Positions 62,364-64,000 of a stretch of DNA of 64,000 nucleotides are shown one piece after another. The DNA is taken from assembly GCA_963730915.1 (NCBI GenBank), contig CAVSTR010000003.1, positions 192,729 to 256,728 of the forward strand, given 5' to 3'. Every line of letters begins with the position of its first letter. Positions within the stretch are counted from its first letter, which is position 1. Below the pieces are notes generated by a model that was not told the DNA's origin, searched no databases, and was given only the letters and a program-made list of their open reading frames with translations. The translations under genes were made by a program, and so were the position numbers. The DNA is from an uncultured Gemmatimonadales bacterium. GTDB lineage: Bacteria; Gemmatimonadota; Gemmatimonadetes; Gemmatimonadales; GWC2-71-9.

Positions 62364-63514
62364 TCCTTCCGGGTGCAACCGTGGGAGTTGTAGGAGGGGG
62401 ACAGCTCGGCCGGATGTTCACACTGCGTGCCCGCACCATGGGCTACAAGGTTGTCGTGCTCGACCCTGACATCTCGAGCCCAGCGGGAGCCGTGGCGGAC
62501 CGGCATATGCGTGCGGCCTACGATGATACCCGAGCTCTGGTCGAGCTCTCCACCACCTGCGCCGCAGTTACCACCGAGTTCGAGAACGTCCCCGCAACTA
62601 CGCTCGAGACCCTGGGCCGGTCTGCAATCGTACGGCCACCAGTTGCAGCCGTGGCCATAACCCAGGATCGCACTGCCGAGAAGACCTTCCTTCGTGCCCA
62701 TGGCTTTGCAACCGCACCTTACCGTAGCATAGAGCACAGGCGTGACATTCCGGATGCCATGCGAGCTCTTTCCCTGCCTGCGATTCTCAAGACCAATCGG
62801 CTCGGATACGATGGGAAGGGTCAGGCTGTCGTCACTGATGAGGCAGAGGCTGCCGAGGCCTTCGATCGGTTCGGCAGAGTGGCGTGTATCCTGGAGACGA
62901 AGCTGGAACTGCAGTGTGAGCTCTCGGTCATCGTGGCCCGCGGAGCGGGCGGCGACGTCGCCACTTTTCCGGTGGCCGAGAACCGGCATGTAGCTGGTAT
63001 TCTGGACACGTCAATCGTGCCGGCGCGCATTTCGGAGTCGCTCGCCACACGAGCACGGGAGACCGCTACGAATGTGGCAAAAGCCCTCGACTATGTGGGG
63101 GTGCTGGCCGTAGAGCTCTTCGTCGTCGATGGCGGACTGATCGTAAACGAGATGGCGCCCCGGCCCCATAACAGCGGCCACTACACCATCGATGCGTGCT
63201 CCGTCGACCAGTTCGAACAGCAGCTGCGGACACTCTGCGGGCTACCGGTTGCGCATCCCTGGCTGTTGTCACCGGTGGTCATGGTAAATCTTCTGGGAGA
63301 CCTCTGGGGCGGTGGTGAGCCCCGGTGGGAGGAAGCGCTCAAGCGGCCCGGGGTTCGGCTACATCTTTACGGAAAGGCCGAACCCCGGCCGGGTCGAAAG
63401 ATGGGCCACCTGAACTGCCTTGCCGCGGACACAACCACCGCCCTGGCGCTGGCACTGGAGACGAGGGAAGCGTTGGTTACTAGCCAGGAGGTGCCGGCCG
63501 GCCGTTCATTTTAG
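62360..63514 (+). CDS. purK: N5-CAIR synthase
   Basis: [27 protein letters not shown] and RKMGH. Confidence 0.97.
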   Translation: MILPGATVGVVGGGQLGRMFTLRARTMGYKVVVLDPDISSPAGAVADRHMRAAYDDTRALVELSTTCAAVTTEFENVPATTLETLGRSAIVRPPVAAVAITQDRTAEKTFLRAHGFATAPYRSIEHRRDIPDAMRALSLPAILKTNRLGYDGKGQAVVTDEAEAAEAFDRFGRVACILETKLELQCELSVIVARGAGGDVATFPVAENRHVAGILDTSIVPARISESLATRARETATNVAKALDYVGVLAVELFVVDGGLIVNEMAPRPHNSGHYTIDACSVDQFEQQLRTLCGLPVAHPWLLSPVVMVNLLGDLWGGGEPRWEEALKRPGVRLHLYGKAEPRPGRKMGHLNCLAADTTTALALALETREALVTSQEVPAGRSF

Positions 63515-64000
63515 CGCAGCGCTTCCACCCCTTCGATCAGGCGATCGACTTCTTCGGAGGTGGTGTAACAGGCGCAGCCTGCACGTACCAACCCTCTGCT
63601 GACACCCAGGCGTTCGACTACCGTACTCGCATAGAAATCGCCGCTCGATACGAAGACCCCGAGATTCGCGAGGTGGCGCGCGACATCATCGGCTGCCTGT
63701 CCGTGAACCGTAAATGCGACGGTCGGGGTGCGAGGCGTTCCCGGCGGAGGTCCATACAACCTCACTCCTGGAATGGCGGAGAGACCCTCCCACATTCTTC
63801 GCAGCAGAGCCGAGCCCTGAGCATGAAGAGCCCCGAAGGTGCTCTCCAATCGCGACCGCCTCGTGGCGCCCTGCCCCGCGGCGGCAAGAAACTCCACCGC
63901 CGCAGCTGCTCCTACGATCCCCTCGTGGTTCAGCGTACCAGTTTCCAAGCGCTCAGGCGCTGAATCCGGAGCGGGAGCTAGCTTGGGAACCGGCACCGTT
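63511..64000 (-). CDS. Cysteine desulfurase-like class V aminotransferase (5' end outside window)
   Basis: RLETGT, RTPTVAF, GDFYA and VRAG...YTTSEEVDRL. Confidence 0.85.
   Translation of the reverse strand, partial: TVPVPKLAPAPDSAPERLETGTLNHEGIVGAAAAVEFLAAAGQGATRRSRLESTFGALHAQGSALLRRMWEGLSAIPGVRLYGPPPGTPRTPTVAFTVHGQAADDVARHLANLGVFVSSGDFYASTVVERLGVSRGLVRAGCACYTTSEEVDRLIEGVEALR

Noticed and set aside
1-64000. tRNA, rRNA, IS, integrase, prophage or known defence genes
   Set aside because: None recognisable; outside 1130-1900 the intergenic gaps are short.

Overview
GC-rich bacterial chromosomal segment, most likely Gemmatimonadota (inferred from gene order and protein similarity recalled from memory, not from a search). 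I found no rRNA, tRNA, transposase, integrase or cas genes. Layout: (1) an accessory region at 1-12.7 kb; (2) an aspS-phoH-7TM/HD-ybeY-2xCorC-mgtE-sulP operon and rlmN; (3) a serine-cycle-type cluster (sgaA-mcl-mtkA-mtkB-hpr-ppc, with divergent gck) carrying a perfect Rex operator; (4) folK-panB-panC; (5) a trp cluster containing a HEAT/HD-GYP pair and a gutted trpF, followed by a GAF-MCP and split by an opposite-strand lexA with candidate SOS boxes; (6) a truA-htrA-pur operon with psd/pssA and ppdK inserted. The best candidate for an undescribed system is at 1.2-2.6 kb. It is a non-coding array of about 16 units with a strict 21-22 bp period (TCCGGCA core plus variable sequence), then a lower-GC leader, then an uncharacterised all-helical protein gene bracketed by 20-bp direct repeats. 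Many single-base frameshifts between 3 and 41 kb look like long-read consensus errors.
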